From an uncultured Maribellus sp. (lineage in GTDB: Bacteria > Bacteroidota > Bacteroidia > Bacteroidales > Prolixibacteraceae), in NCBI GenBank assembly GCA_964476535.1, contig CAYZBC010000001.1:4788-68787 (forward strand): DNA of 64,000 nucleotides, given 5' to 3'. A program made the position numbers and the translations under genes. Below, one piece after another: positions 1-9,209 of this stretch. The notes beneath the pieces are model-generated. The model was given only the letters and a program-made list of their open reading frames with translations, was not told where the DNA came from and searched no databases. The stretch's first letter is position 1, and each line of letters opens with the position of its first letter.

Positions 1-1
1 G

Positions 2-1288
2 GAGATCCTTTTAGGTCCGGAGTTCGACCACATTCAGGGTATTTCAAATCCAAACCTTATTCCCTCCGAATTGAAAAATGTAGAATACAACCTGGTTATT
101 CTAGATATGAATTTTCAAGCGGGTATTAACACCGGCAACGAAGGTTTGTATTGGCTCAATCATTTAAAAACGAATTATCCCGATATTTCTGTTGTTTTAA
201 TTACAGCTTACAGTGATGTTGAATTGGCTGTAAAAGCGCTGAAACAGGGAGCAACCGATTTTATACCAAAACCCTGGGAAAATAGCAAATTACTGGCAAC
301 GGCTAAAGCAGCTATTCAGCTTAATTATTCGAAAAAAGAAGTAGGACAATTAAAACAAGAATTAAATCGTGACCAGAAGTATATTATTGGTTCGTCCCCA
401 CAATTGATGCACGTGATGAACATGGTACGGAAAGTTGCAAAAACCAATGCCAATATTTTAATAACCGGTGAAAATGGAACGGGGAAAGAGTTAATCGCCC
501 GTGAAATTCATCGCTTATCGTTAAGAAATCGCGAGGTTATGGTTGACGTTGACATGGGTGCTATTAGTGAAACACTGTTTGAAAGTGAACTGTTTGGACA
601 TGTAAAAGGAGCTTTTACTGACGCTCGTGAAAATCGCGCCGGGAAATTTGAAACAGCAAACAAAGGCACACTCTTTTTAGATGAAATTGGAAACCTTTCA
701 TTTCATTTACAAGCCAAACTTTTAGCGGCAATTCAGAACCGCGAATTTATGCGAATTGGTTCCGATCGGTCTATTCCCGTTAATATCCGACTGGTTTGTG
801 CAACCAATAAAAATTTGCGTCAATTGGTTGAAGAAGGTCTTTTTCGGGAAGATCTTTTATATCGTATAAATACGATCCAAATTGAAGTGCCACCATTGAG
901 AGACAGGGGGGACGATATTATTGTTCTTGCCGATTTCTTTTTGAAAAAATATACTTCGAAATACGGAAAACCGGGACTTAAAATTAATCAGGCAGCACAA
1001 GATAAATTGTTAAAATATCAATGGCCCGGGAATATTCGTGAATTGCAACATACGATTGAGAAAGCAGTAATTTTGGGTGATTCTTCTGTTTTAAAACCCG
1101 AAGATTTTTTCCTTCGTCCGGTCCTTTCCGGTAAATTTGATGACCAGCATTTAACCATTGAAGAGATGGAAAAAAAGATGATTCTTACAGCAATTGATAA
1201 AAGTGCCGGGAATATGAGTTCAGCCTCCGATCAACTTGGTGTTACTCGCCAGACTTTATATAACAAGATTAAAAAATACGGAATATGA
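2..1288 (+). CDS. Sigma-54-dependent (NtrC-family) response regulator, 5' end truncated by window edge
   Basis: Frame is open from base 2. Receiver remnant (LDMNF, ITAY, DFIPKPW), AAA+ Walker A GENGTGKE, GAFTDA loop, LFLDEIG Walker B, C-terminal Fis-type HTH (LGVTRQTLYNKIKKY). Confidence 0.95.
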   Translation, partial: EILLGPEFDHIQGISNPNLIPSELKNVEYNLVILDMNFQAGINTGNEGLYWLNHLKTNYPDISVVLITAYSDVELAVKALKQGATDFIPKPWENSKLLATAKAAIQLNYSKKEVGQLKQELNRDQKYIIGSSPQLMHVMNMVRKVAKTNANILITGENGTGKELIAREIHRLSLRNREVMVDVDMGAISETLFESELFGHVKGAFTDARENRAGKFETANKGTLFLDEIGNLSFHLQAKLLAAIQNREFMRIGSDRSIPVNIRLVCATNKNLRQLVEEGLFREDLLYRINTIQIEVPPLRDRGDDIIVLADFFLKKYTSKYGKPGLKINQAAQDKLLKYQWPGNIRELQHTIEKAVILGDSSVLKPEDFFLRPVLSGKFDDQHLTIEEMEKKMILTAIDKSAGNMSSASDQLGVTRQTLYNKIKKYGI

Positions 1289-2637
1289 TCAGTAAAAACC
1301 TGTACGTTCAGATATGTGCTCGTGTGTTTCTATTAGTGACTTTTTCTCTATTACTAGGCTGGTCGTTTTTCGGAAAAAATTGGTTTGTCTTATCCATTTT
1401 CCTGTTATTGATGATTTGTATAATTACAGGAAATCTGATTTGGTTTTTAAATAAGACCAATCGTCGTTTGTTCTATTTTTTCGATGCCATTAAAAACGAA
1501 GATTCAACACTCTCTTTTCCAGAGCAAACTAACAACAAGACGGTTCTCGAACTCAATAAAAGCCTAAACAAGGTAAACAGACAGATTCAACAAATCCAGA
1601 TTGAAAACAGGCAACAGGAGCAGTATTTCCAAGCACTTATTGAACATGCAGCAACGGGTATGTTAACGTTCAACAAAAAAGGTTTTATTTTACATACAAA
1701 TTCGTTGGTGAAACGATTTTTTTCGCTCGATGTACTTACGCATTTAAACCAGCTCGACAAAGTGAACCATAAACTTTTTATGGCAATTAAAAGTATGCAG
1801 CCTTCGGAGCAAAGGCTTGTAACTATTAATAATGAAGGGGGAACTATTCAGTTGTTGATTAAGGCGAGTTCATTTATTTCCGATAAAAAAGAATTGATGC
1901 TGCTTTCAGTACAGGATATTAAAAATGAGTTGGATGAGAAAGAACTTGATTCATGGCGAAAACTGATACGTGTAATGATGCATGAAATTATGAATTCGAT
2001 TACGCCGATTACTTCTCTTTCAGAAAGTTTGGGTGGTTATTTTTATACAAATGGGGAGGTTAAATCGCCTTCCGAAATCGATGAAAAAACCATTGCTACT
2101 ACCATTCGCGGATTGGAAGTTATTCGGGAACAGGGAAAAGGATTAATTTCGTTTGTTGATTCTTACCGTAAACTCACACGACTTTCAAAGCCAAAGAAGA
2201 AACTGTTTTCAGTAAAAAATCTCATCGAAAACATTAATATTCTTTCCGGATCGTTTAATCATGCCGAGCATGTTGAAATTAGTTTTGAAGTGAAACCCGA
2301 AGAATTGGAAATTTTAGCTGACGAGAAACAAGTTTCGCAGGTATTAATAAATCTGGTTAAAAATGCTTTCCAGGCAAATGCTGAAAATCAAACAGCAAAA
2401 GTTAAGATAATTTCTAATCTGGGAGAAAATGGTCGTCCTGAAATTCGTGTTGTTGACAATGGCCCCGGTATTCCGGAAGATGTTTTGGAAAAAATATTTA
2501 TTCCGTTTTTTACTACAAAAGAAAGTGGCTCCGGAATAGGATTAAGTCTTTCCAGACAAATTATGCAAATGCATGGCGGTAGTTTAAAAGTAATTTCAAG
2601 CCCTGGAAAATCAACTGTTGCTGTTATAAGCTTTTAG
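1285..2637 (+). CDS. Sensor histidine kinase (two TM helices, PAS-like, HisKA, HATPase), partner of the upstream regulator
   Basis: H-box MMHEIMNS, N-box NLVKNA, DNGPGI, FFTTK, GSGIGL. 4-bp overlap with the regulator. Confidence 0.95.
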   Translation: MISKNLYVQICARVFLLVTFSLLLGWSFFGKNWFVLSIFLLLMICIITGNLIWFLNKTNRRLFYFFDAIKNEDSTLSFPEQTNNKTVLELNKSLNKVNRQIQQIQIENRQQEQYFQALIEHAATGMLTFNKKGFILHTNSLVKRFFSLDVLTHLNQLDKVNHKLFMAIKSMQPSEQRLVTINNEGGTIQLLIKASSFISDKKELMLLSVQDIKNELDEKELDSWRKLIRVMMHEIMNSITPITSLSESLGGYFYTNGEVKSPSEIDEKTIATTIRGLEVIREQGKGLISFVDSYRKLTRLSKPKKKLFSVKNLIENINILSGSFNHAEHVEISFEVKPEELEILADEKQVSQVLINLVKNAFQANAENQTAKVKIISNLGENGRPEIRVVDNGPGIPEDVLEKIFIPFFTTKESGSGIGLSLSRQIMQMHGGSLKVISSPGKSTVAVISF

Positions 2638-2650
2638 GTTATTATACCTA

Positions 2651-2717
2651 TCGTCATTCCAGCTGCCAGAATCGAATATGACAAGATAAATATCCTGAAC
2701 CCAGTTCTGGATGACGA
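2651..2717. repeat. REP-like palindromic element between convergent genes
   Basis: Arms TCGTCATTCCAG (2651-2662) and CTGGATGACGA (2707-2717) are complementary with one bulge. The right part ATCCTGAACCCAGTTCTGGATGAC resembles GTCATCC...GGATGAC intergenic palindromes. Confidence 0.55.
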
Positions 2718-2737
2718 ACTATTTGATTGGATTTAAT

Positions 2738-3379
2738 TTATTGGCAGCATTTTTTTTTAAAATAATAACTCTTTTTTTCTGCCTTCACATCAAACGTATA
2801 GATCTCCGATTTTTTGTATTTATAAAAAATAGAAAATAATCCAATATCGCCGGCACAAAACAGACTGTGTGCACTCATCACAAAAATTAGAAAGTAAAAT
2901 AGGGGTGAATGCAGAAATAGAATTACTCCAAATAGAGTAATTATTTTGACGATAACCAGAGGTGTAAATGCAATAAATGCAAACTGTTTTCGATTGATTA
3001 CAAATTGATCGGCCTCGGCATAGAAAATAAATTTCTTTAAATAACCACCGAAATTTACTCTTTTTGCTCCGGTAAGTTTTAATGCAATCCCATGTAACAA
3101 TTCATGAATTACAATTAAAAGCGAAAAGCAAAAAATGAATGCTGCTGCAGAATAATAAAGTGGCTCCGAATAATTCTGAAAAGCAAGAACAACTGAACGT
3201 GTTAAAAAGAAAAGCCCAATCAGAATCATCAGAATCTGGTAAATCATATACATCCTCACGATTTTGCCATTTTCTGAAAGTTGGTTAATTACGAATTCTT
3301 TAATTTGCTGATGGTTGAGTTCAGCAATCAATTCAAATTCATCATCGTTTTGAAGCTGTTTTATCGTTGGATTTGTCAT
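2738..3379 (-). CDS. DUF3267-like membrane zinc metalloprotease
   Basis: HELLH (HExxH) motif within hydrophobic segments; C-terminal HxxxCAGD motif. Confidence 0.75.
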   Translation of the reverse strand: MTNPTIKQLQNDDEFELIAELNHQQIKEFVINQLSENGKIVRMYMIYQILMILIGLFFLTRSVVLAFQNYSEPLYYSAAAFIFCFSLLIVIHELLHGIALKLTGAKRVNFGGYLKKFIFYAEADQFVINRKQFAFIAFTPLVIVKIITLFGVILFLHSPLFYFLIFVMSAHSLFCAGDIGLFSIFYKYKKSEIYTFDVKAEKKSYYFKKKCCQ

Positions 3380-4824
3380 TTCTGATCGTAGCGAATAATT
3401 TGATACAAATCTTTTAAATTGAATAATTTGAGTAAAACTGCAAATATTACAGAAGCAGAAATCATAGCCAGGTAACCATAAAACCAGTTGTCAATACTTT
3501 TAGAGATGGTTCCAAAAACAACAACAACACCAACAAATAGAAGTAGCTGAAATACAAATTTAACCCCGGGTTTCAGTTTAAAAATTACCAAAACTAAAAC
3601 GACCTGAATTACTGCGGTAAAAATTTGTGTTATCAAACTTGCGTATGCCGAACCAAAAGCGTAGAAACGAGGAATCAGAATCAGGTTTAGTACAACATTT
3701 AAAACCATTCCAGAGAACGCCATAATATTCAAATATTTCAAACTGCCGTTCGCAGTTAGCAGCGTTCCAAAAATATAAGTGGTTGCAATTCCAATAAAAC
3801 CAAGCATTAAAATTCCAAGAATTTCGGAAGAGTGTGCGGTGTTCGACTTATATAAAACAGCCATTATTTCGTGATTATAATAAACACTTGAAACAGCAAT
3901 AATGATTGAAGGAATGATTAGTAATGTGTATGAAAGCTTAACCATTTGCCTAACGGATTCTTTCTGTTTAATCATTTTTGCGAAAATAGGTAAAAGCAGC
4001 CCTGCAAAAAGAACCCCAAACATTGAAACAGCGTCTAACAATCGAAATGCCTGCGCATAAATTCCAGCCTGTTCTTTTCCGAGAGGGTCGGGAAGTAGCC
4101 GCTCCAGCATTACAGAATCGATGCGGTTATAAAACGACATCAACAAAATAAGCAGTGCGTATGGATATGATTTCCGAAGAAATACGAGGAAAAATTTCAA
4201 ATTAAATTGAATTTTTATTTTTCCCGATTTGCCCAAAACAATTGCAAATGTGATTAATGAAGTTAAAACATACGCTACAGTTTGTGCATAAACAAACCAT
4301 TCAATGCTAAAGTTTCCTCCTAAAACATTTGTAAATAAAAGAATGCTACAAATTACGATCATAAAACTCCGGTCGAGAACCGAAATTATACTATCCGTGC
4401 GAAATAAATGAAGGGCACTAATATTCGATCGTAAATAAAGTGTAAAAGAAATAAGAAATTGGTTGAATACCAAAAACAAAAGTAGGTGAAGTTGGATTTT
4501 ATCGTACCCAATAATTGCCGCAATTCCAAAACTAAAAATGGCATAAACAATCGCAAGTAAAAACTTCAACCCAACGATATTTGAAACATGTTTTTTCAAC
4601 AAAAAGTTATGTTGTGCAATGTTTCTGTTATTGTAACTGGTAATTCCAATGTCGAGAAAAATATTTAAAATCATCGAGAAATTGAACAGTGCAAAATACA
4701 GCCCATAACTCTGATCTCCAACCATGTTTTGAACGGTTCGGTCGATTCCAAAAATCCAAAACGGTTTAATTAAAAGGTTTAGGAAAAGGAGTAATATGAG
4801 ATTGGTAATAAATTTGCGTTTCAA
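3376..4824 (-). CDS. Oligosaccharide flippase (Wzx/MOP superfamily)
   Basis: About 12-14 TM helices with N-terminal NLLIKPFWIFGIDRTVQN and YGLYF motifs. Start moved from 4899 to the in-frame TTG at 4824 (LKRKFITN). Confidence 0.85.
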   Translation of the reverse strand: MKRKFITNLILLLFLNLLIKPFWIFGIDRTVQNMVGDQSYGLYFALFNFSMILNIFLDIGITSYNNRNIAQHNFLLKKHVSNIVGLKFLLAIVYAIFSFGIAAIIGYDKIQLHLLLFLVFNQFLISFTLYLRSNISALHLFRTDSIISVLDRSFMIVICSILLFTNVLGGNFSIEWFVYAQTVAYVLTSLITFAIVLGKSGKIKIQFNLKFFLVFLRKSYPYALLILLMSFYNRIDSVMLERLLPDPLGKEQAGIYAQAFRLLDAVSMFGVLFAGLLLPIFAKMIKQKESVRQMVKLSYTLLIIPSIIIAVSSVYYNHEIMAVLYKSNTAHSSEILGILMLGFIGIATTYIFGTLLTANGSLKYLNIMAFSGMVLNVVLNLILIPRFYAFGSAYASLITQIFTAVIQVVLVLVIFKLKPGVKFVFQLLLFVGVVVVFGTISKSIDNWFYGYLAMISASVIFAVLLKLFNLKDLYQIIRYDQK

Positions 4825-4925
4825 AACCCGAATATTGAAATGTTTATCGTTTAAATTCAGCAGATAAATGTAGCAAATATTTAAACAGACTTTGTACATT
4901 TACCCAAAATTGAACATAAAACTTT

Positions 4926-6050
4926 ATGGTAATAGCCGTAAATACCCGCTTGTTGCTAAAGGGGAAATTAGAAGGAATTGGATGGTTTACACTGGAAACG
5001 TTAAAGCGGATGACAATCAATCATCCGGAACATCAGTTTATATTTATTTTCGACCGTCCCTTTGATCCCGATTATATATTTGCTGAAAATGTAACTCCGG
5101 TTGTAATCGGACCGCCAACCCGGCACCCTGTTTTGTGGTATATGTGGTTCCAGTTTCAAGTTCCACGAATTCTAAAAAGATACAATGCCGATTTGTTTCT
5201 TTCGCCTGATGGTTATTTGTCGTTGCGAACAAAAGTACCGCAATTAGGAGTTATTCACGATATTAATTTTGTGCACCGCCCAGACGATTTGCCATGGTTA
5301 AAAGCAAAATATTACAACTATTTCTTTCCAAAATTTGCCCATATCGCCAAACGAATTGCCACCGTTTCTTTCTATTCAAAAGAAGATATTACCCGTTCAT
5401 TCAAAGTAGATTACGACAAGATTGATGTGGTTTACGATGGGATTAATCAAATTTTTAAACCTATTTCAGAAAAAGGAAAAATTGCGGTTCGTAAAAAATA
5501 TACCGACGGCTCTGATTTTTTTCTATTTGTTGGAGCACTTCATCCTCGTAAAAATGTGAGCGGCTTGCTAAAAGCGTTCGATGCTTTTAAAAGTGTCACC
5601 GAAAACAGTATTAAATTGGTAATTGTAGGTGGCGAAATGCACAAAACAGGAGATATTTTTGAAACGTTTGAGAATATGCGTTATAAAAACAATGTGGTGT
5701 TTACCGGAAGAGTTACAACGCCTGAATTGCACGACATATTTGGCGCGGCATTGGCATTGACTTTTGTCCCGTTTTTCGAAGGTTTTGGAATTCCTATTGT
5801 TGAAGCAATGAGTGCCGGAGTTCCCGTAATTTGCTCCAATACTACATCTATTCCTGAAGTGGGTGGAAATGCCGTTTTGTATGCCGATCCCATTAAAATA
5901 GATCAAATAACGGAGGCGATGTTACAATTGGTTAACGATGATGAATTAAGAAAATCGTTAATTGAAAAGGGATTTAAACAAAAAGAGAAGTTTAGCTGGG
6001 ACGAAACGGCGCGTTTGTTATGGATGAGTATTGAACGGGCTTTGCAATAA
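4926..6050 (+). CDS. Glycosyltransferase family 4 (GT-B)
   Basis: PRKN motif, EGFGIPIVEAM signature, FSWDETA C-terminus. Confidence 0.92.
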   Translation: MVIAVNTRLLLKGKLEGIGWFTLETLKRMTINHPEHQFIFIFDRPFDPDYIFAENVTPVVIGPPTRHPVLWYMWFQFQVPRILKRYNADLFLSPDGYLSLRTKVPQLGVIHDINFVHRPDDLPWLKAKYYNYFFPKFAHIAKRIATVSFYSKEDITRSFKVDYDKIDVVYDGINQIFKPISEKGKIAVRKKYTDGSDFFLFVGALHPRKNVSGLLKAFDAFKSVTENSIKLVIVGGEMHKTGDIFETFENMRYKNNVVFTGRVTTPELHDIFGAALALTFVPFFEGFGIPIVEAMSAGVPVICSNTTSIPEVGGNAVLYADPIKIDQITEAMLQLVNDDELRKSLIEKGFKQKEKFSWDETARLLWMSIERALQ

Positions 6051-6078
6051 TTAAAGGAGTGATTTATTGAATGACTGA

Positions 6079-6690
6079 ATGGCAGAATCTAAATTATTAC
6101 CATACTATAAAGAAGATACAATTGAAGCGGGCTGCGATGAAGCGGGCAGGGGATGTTTGGCTGGGCCTGTTTTTGCAGCCGCAGTAATTTTGCCTCCCGA
6201 TTTTGAAAATGACCTTTTAAACGATTCAAAAAAACTGACGGAAAAACAACGCTATAAACTTCGGCCTCTTATTGAGAAAGAAGCTTTGGTTTGGGCAGTT
6301 GAAGCGGTTTCTAACAAAGAAATTGATGAGGTGAATATTTTAAATGCCTCTTTTCTTGCGATGAACCGTGCCGTTTTTAAATTAAAAATTGCACCTGAAC
6401 ACCTGTTAATTGATGGAAACCGGTTTCGAACGCAATTAAAAATTCCATTTACCTGCATGATAAAAGGCGATGGACGGTTTTTTTCAATTGCAGCGGCTTC
6501 TGTTTTGGCAAAAACTTATCGCGATGATTTTATGGAACAAATTCATAAAGAATTTCCTAACTACGCATGGAATAAAAACAAAGGTTACCCCACAAAAAAA
6601 CACCGCCAGGGAATTAAATTATTTGGAGTTACAAAATATCATCGAATGACCTTTCGTTTATTAAACGAGCAACTGGAACTGGACTTGTAA
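6079..6690 (+). CDS. rnhB: Ribonuclease HII
   Basis: [48 protein letters not shown] motifs. Confidence 0.97.
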   Translation: MAESKLLPYYKEDTIEAGCDEAGRGCLAGPVFAAAVILPPDFENDLLNDSKKLTEKQRYKLRPLIEKEALVWAVEAVSNKEIDEVNILNASFLAMNRAVFKLKIAPEHLLIDGNRFRTQLKIPFTCMIKGDGRFFSIAAASVLAKTYRDDFMEQIHKEFPNYAWNKNKGYPTKKHRQGIKLFGVTKYHRMTFRLLNEQLELDL

Positions 6691-6714
6691 TCGACTATTC
6701 TTTCCTCCCTTTTT

Positions 6715-8604
6715 TTACATTTTTTCAAAATAAATTGCCAACCCGGATTTTTCGGAAATTGCAAAATTTAGTGTTTTATCAGATGTTACTACTTGTTTTT
6801 CAATTTTAACTTTGGTTGAAGATTTAAATTCGGAATCGTGGGAATAAATTATGGCTCTGTAATTTGTATTGGTATCTAAGAAATCAAGATTGATTTCAAC
6901 CGATTTACTCTGATTTCCTGTTAATGAACCCAAAAACCAGTCATCCCCAGACCTTCGAACAATAGTGGCAAATTTTCCGATTTCTCCTTCCAGGACTTTT
7001 GTTTCGGCCCAAACGGTGGGCATATTTTTAAAGAATTCCAATTCGGTGTGGTTCTGAATAAATCCTATAGAACTTCCGGCACCGCCTTTTTTGCCTGGCG
7101 AATCTTGTGGTCGATCGTACCAAAATAAAAATTGCCAAGGACTGTAAATCATCACGGCTTTTGCCAACTGCGAAACATTTCCTCCCATATTTTCCTGAAC
7201 TCGCGGAGCATAATAACAATTCGTATTATCGCCGGCACCTGCAATCATTCTTGTAAATAGGGTAATTAAAGTGTGTTTATTACTGGGGCTTTCTTCATCG
7301 CCCCGAATTCCTTCCTGAGTCATTAAATTGGGATAAGTCCTTGAAAATCCAGTGGGTCTGTATTCATCGTGAATGTCAACCATCAGCTTGTTTTCAGCAG
7401 CTTTTTTAACAGCTACGTGCAACCAGCTTGTCCACTCTTGCGAACCCACCTGAACAAATCCATATTTTATTCCTTTTATTCCCCATTTTCTAAATAGCGG
7501 CAAAATTTCATCCAGCTGTTTTTCCAACGACCGTCGGTTTACGTATAAAATAATTCCAATATTTTTACTTTCTGCATATTCGATAATCTCCAGTAATTCC
7601 AAAGGTCCGGTTGAACGTTTTGGGTCTACTGTAATTGTAGTTGCATCTGATTCTGGATCATATTCCGGGCCATACCAGCCGGCATCAAATTCAACGTATT
7701 GCAATCCGTTTTCGGCCGCGAAATCAACACATGCTTTTCCACCTTGAGTTGTTAAAGTTACCTCGCGAATTACCTTCCCGGGTTTAATCCACGATACATC
7801 TTCAATTGCGCAGGCATCGTTAAAGTTTTCGTAAAAATAATTGTTTTCCAATAATTCACCTGCCGATTTTCCAATCATTATTGTTCGCCAGGGAGTTGTG
7901 TATGGGAGTTGTATTTTTGCTTCGCCATGTAATGCTGCAACTAACGAGTTTTCTTTTTCTCCTGCCAAAAATTTCATACGTGGGAAGTCGATAAGTTTTG
8001 CTTCTCCCAATGCAATTACATTTTTACCTGCTTCAATTACCAGCGGTCTTTCGGCAGGTTTTGTAATCGAACTAATGGGAATATTTCGGTATTCCGACTG
8101 TGCCCGGTCAGAGATCCAACAGTTGTAATCTTCATTTAATTTAAATTCAGTTAACTCTTTTTGAATGATAATTGATTTTTCTTCCGACTGAGATAAAAAG
8201 GAATAGTTAAATGCAACACCTTCATTGTAAACTCTAAATGCTATTTCAAACTCTCTTTTAGGTGAAATGGATTCTTTTAAATGAATAGTAAGCTGATTGT
8301 AACTGTCTTTTACAACCGATCTTTCACCATAAACCGGTTTCCACGACTGATTAATTTTCTGTTCTGAAAAAGAGACAATTTCCAGATTTTCCCCAAAACA
8401 AAAATCATTCTGAAATTGAAATCCCAGTTGGGATTTTTGAATGAGGATTGAATCTTCAAAATCAACTGAATAAAAAATGGCTGATGAATCGTTTACTGCA
8501 AAATTGACCTGAATTTTTCCATCGGGACTTTTTACTTGAATATTTTCATTTTGAGAGCACGAGAAAATCAAGATTGAAAGTACAATTAGAATTAAATTTT
8601 TCAT
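6715..8604 (-). CDS. Glycoside hydrolase family 97 lipoprotein, probably the retaining alpha-galactosidase subgroup
   Basis: Lipobox FSC, GH97 N-domain (SPDGKIQV), YVEFDAGWYG (Asp nucleophile type rather than the inverting LVEGW type), TQEGIRGDE acid/base motif. Confidence 0.9.
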   Translation of the reverse strand: MKNLILIVLSILIFSCSQNENIQVKSPDGKIQVNFAVNDSSAIFYSVDFEDSILIQKSQLGFQFQNDFCFGENLEIVSFSEQKINQSWKPVYGERSVVKDSYNQLTIHLKESISPKREFEIAFRVYNEGVAFNYSFLSQSEEKSIIIQKELTEFKLNEDYNCWISDRAQSEYRNIPISSITKPAERPLVIEAGKNVIALGEAKLIDFPRMKFLAGEKENSLVAALHGEAKIQLPYTTPWRTIMIGKSAGELLENNYFYENFNDACAIEDVSWIKPGKVIREVTLTTQGGKACVDFAAENGLQYVEFDAGWYGPEYDPESDATTITVDPKRSTGPLELLEIIEYAESKNIGIILYVNRRSLEKQLDEILPLFRKWGIKGIKYGFVQVGSQEWTSWLHVAVKKAAENKLMVDIHDEYRPTGFSRTYPNLMTQEGIRGDEESPSNKHTLITLFTRMIAGAGDNTNCYYAPRVQENMGGNVSQLAKAVMIYSPWQFLFWYDRPQDSPGKKGGAGSSIGFIQNHTELEFFKNMPTVWAETKVLEGEIGKFATIVRRSGDDWFLGSLTGNQSKSVEINLDFLDTNTNYRAIIYSHDSEFKSSTKVKIEKQVVTSDKTLNFAISEKSGLAIYFEKM

Positions 8605-8618
8605 TACTAAATTTTATT

Positions 8619-9080
8619 TTATTCGGGTTTATATCCAGTATCTTCAGGTAAATTTTGACCAAATGAAGCTTCCACCGCCAGCTCGTCGCAACGTTCGTTT
8701 AGGGGATTGTTTGCATGCCCTTTTACCCATACAAATTTAACCAAGTGTTTTTTATAAATCTCAAGAAAACGCATCCACAAATCCGGGTTCTTTTTCCCCT
8801 TAAATCGTTTTTTTACCCAATTAAATACCCACCCTTTTGTAACCGAATCGGCAACATATTTCGAGTCGGTATAAACAGTAACATCGCAACCTTCTATTTT
8901 TAAGGTTTCTAAAGCAACAATAACGGCGAGTAATTCCATCCGGTTATTTGTAGTATGTTGGTAGCCTTGCGAAAGTTCTTTTCGGTGTTCACCAGAAAGC
9001 ATTACAATTCCGTAACCTCCCTTTCCCGGGTTTCCGCGTGCTGCACCATCAGTGTAAACTGTAATTTTGGGTCGGGTCAT
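8619..9080 (-). CDS. rnhA: Ribonuclease HI
   Basis: YTDGAARGNPG, TTNNRMEL, YTDSKYV, WVKGHA..NERCD motifs. Confidence 0.97.
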   Translation of the reverse strand: MTRPKITVYTDGAARGNPGKGGYGIVMLSGEHRKELSQGYQHTTNNRMELLAVIVALETLKIEGCDVTVYTDSKYVADSVTKGWVFNWVKKRFKGKKNPDLWMRFLEIYKKHLVKFVWVKGHANNPLNERCDELAVEASFGQNLPEDTGYKPE

Positions 9081-9085
9081 TTTTA

Positions 9086-9120
9086 TAGTAATTAGTAATT
9101 AGTACAAAGTAGTTAGTAAA
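9086..9120. repeat. Period-7 intergenic tandem repeat
   Basis: TAGTAAT TAGTAAT TAGTACA AAGTAGT TAGTAAA read directly from the sequence. Confidence 0.7.
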
Positions 9121-9158
9121 ATCCTAGAAAAACAAACTATAAATCTAATTGTCGTCAT

Positions 9159-9187
9159 AAAAAAACCCCGCCAAATCTGACGGGGTT
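9159..9187 (-). terminator. Rho-independent terminator of the S46 peptidase gene
   Basis: Minus strand: AACCCCGTCA-GATT-TGGCGGGGTT (10 bp with one G-U) followed by a U run. Confidence 0.85.
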
Positions 9188-9209
9188 GAAATATAAGAAA
9201 ATTAAATTC

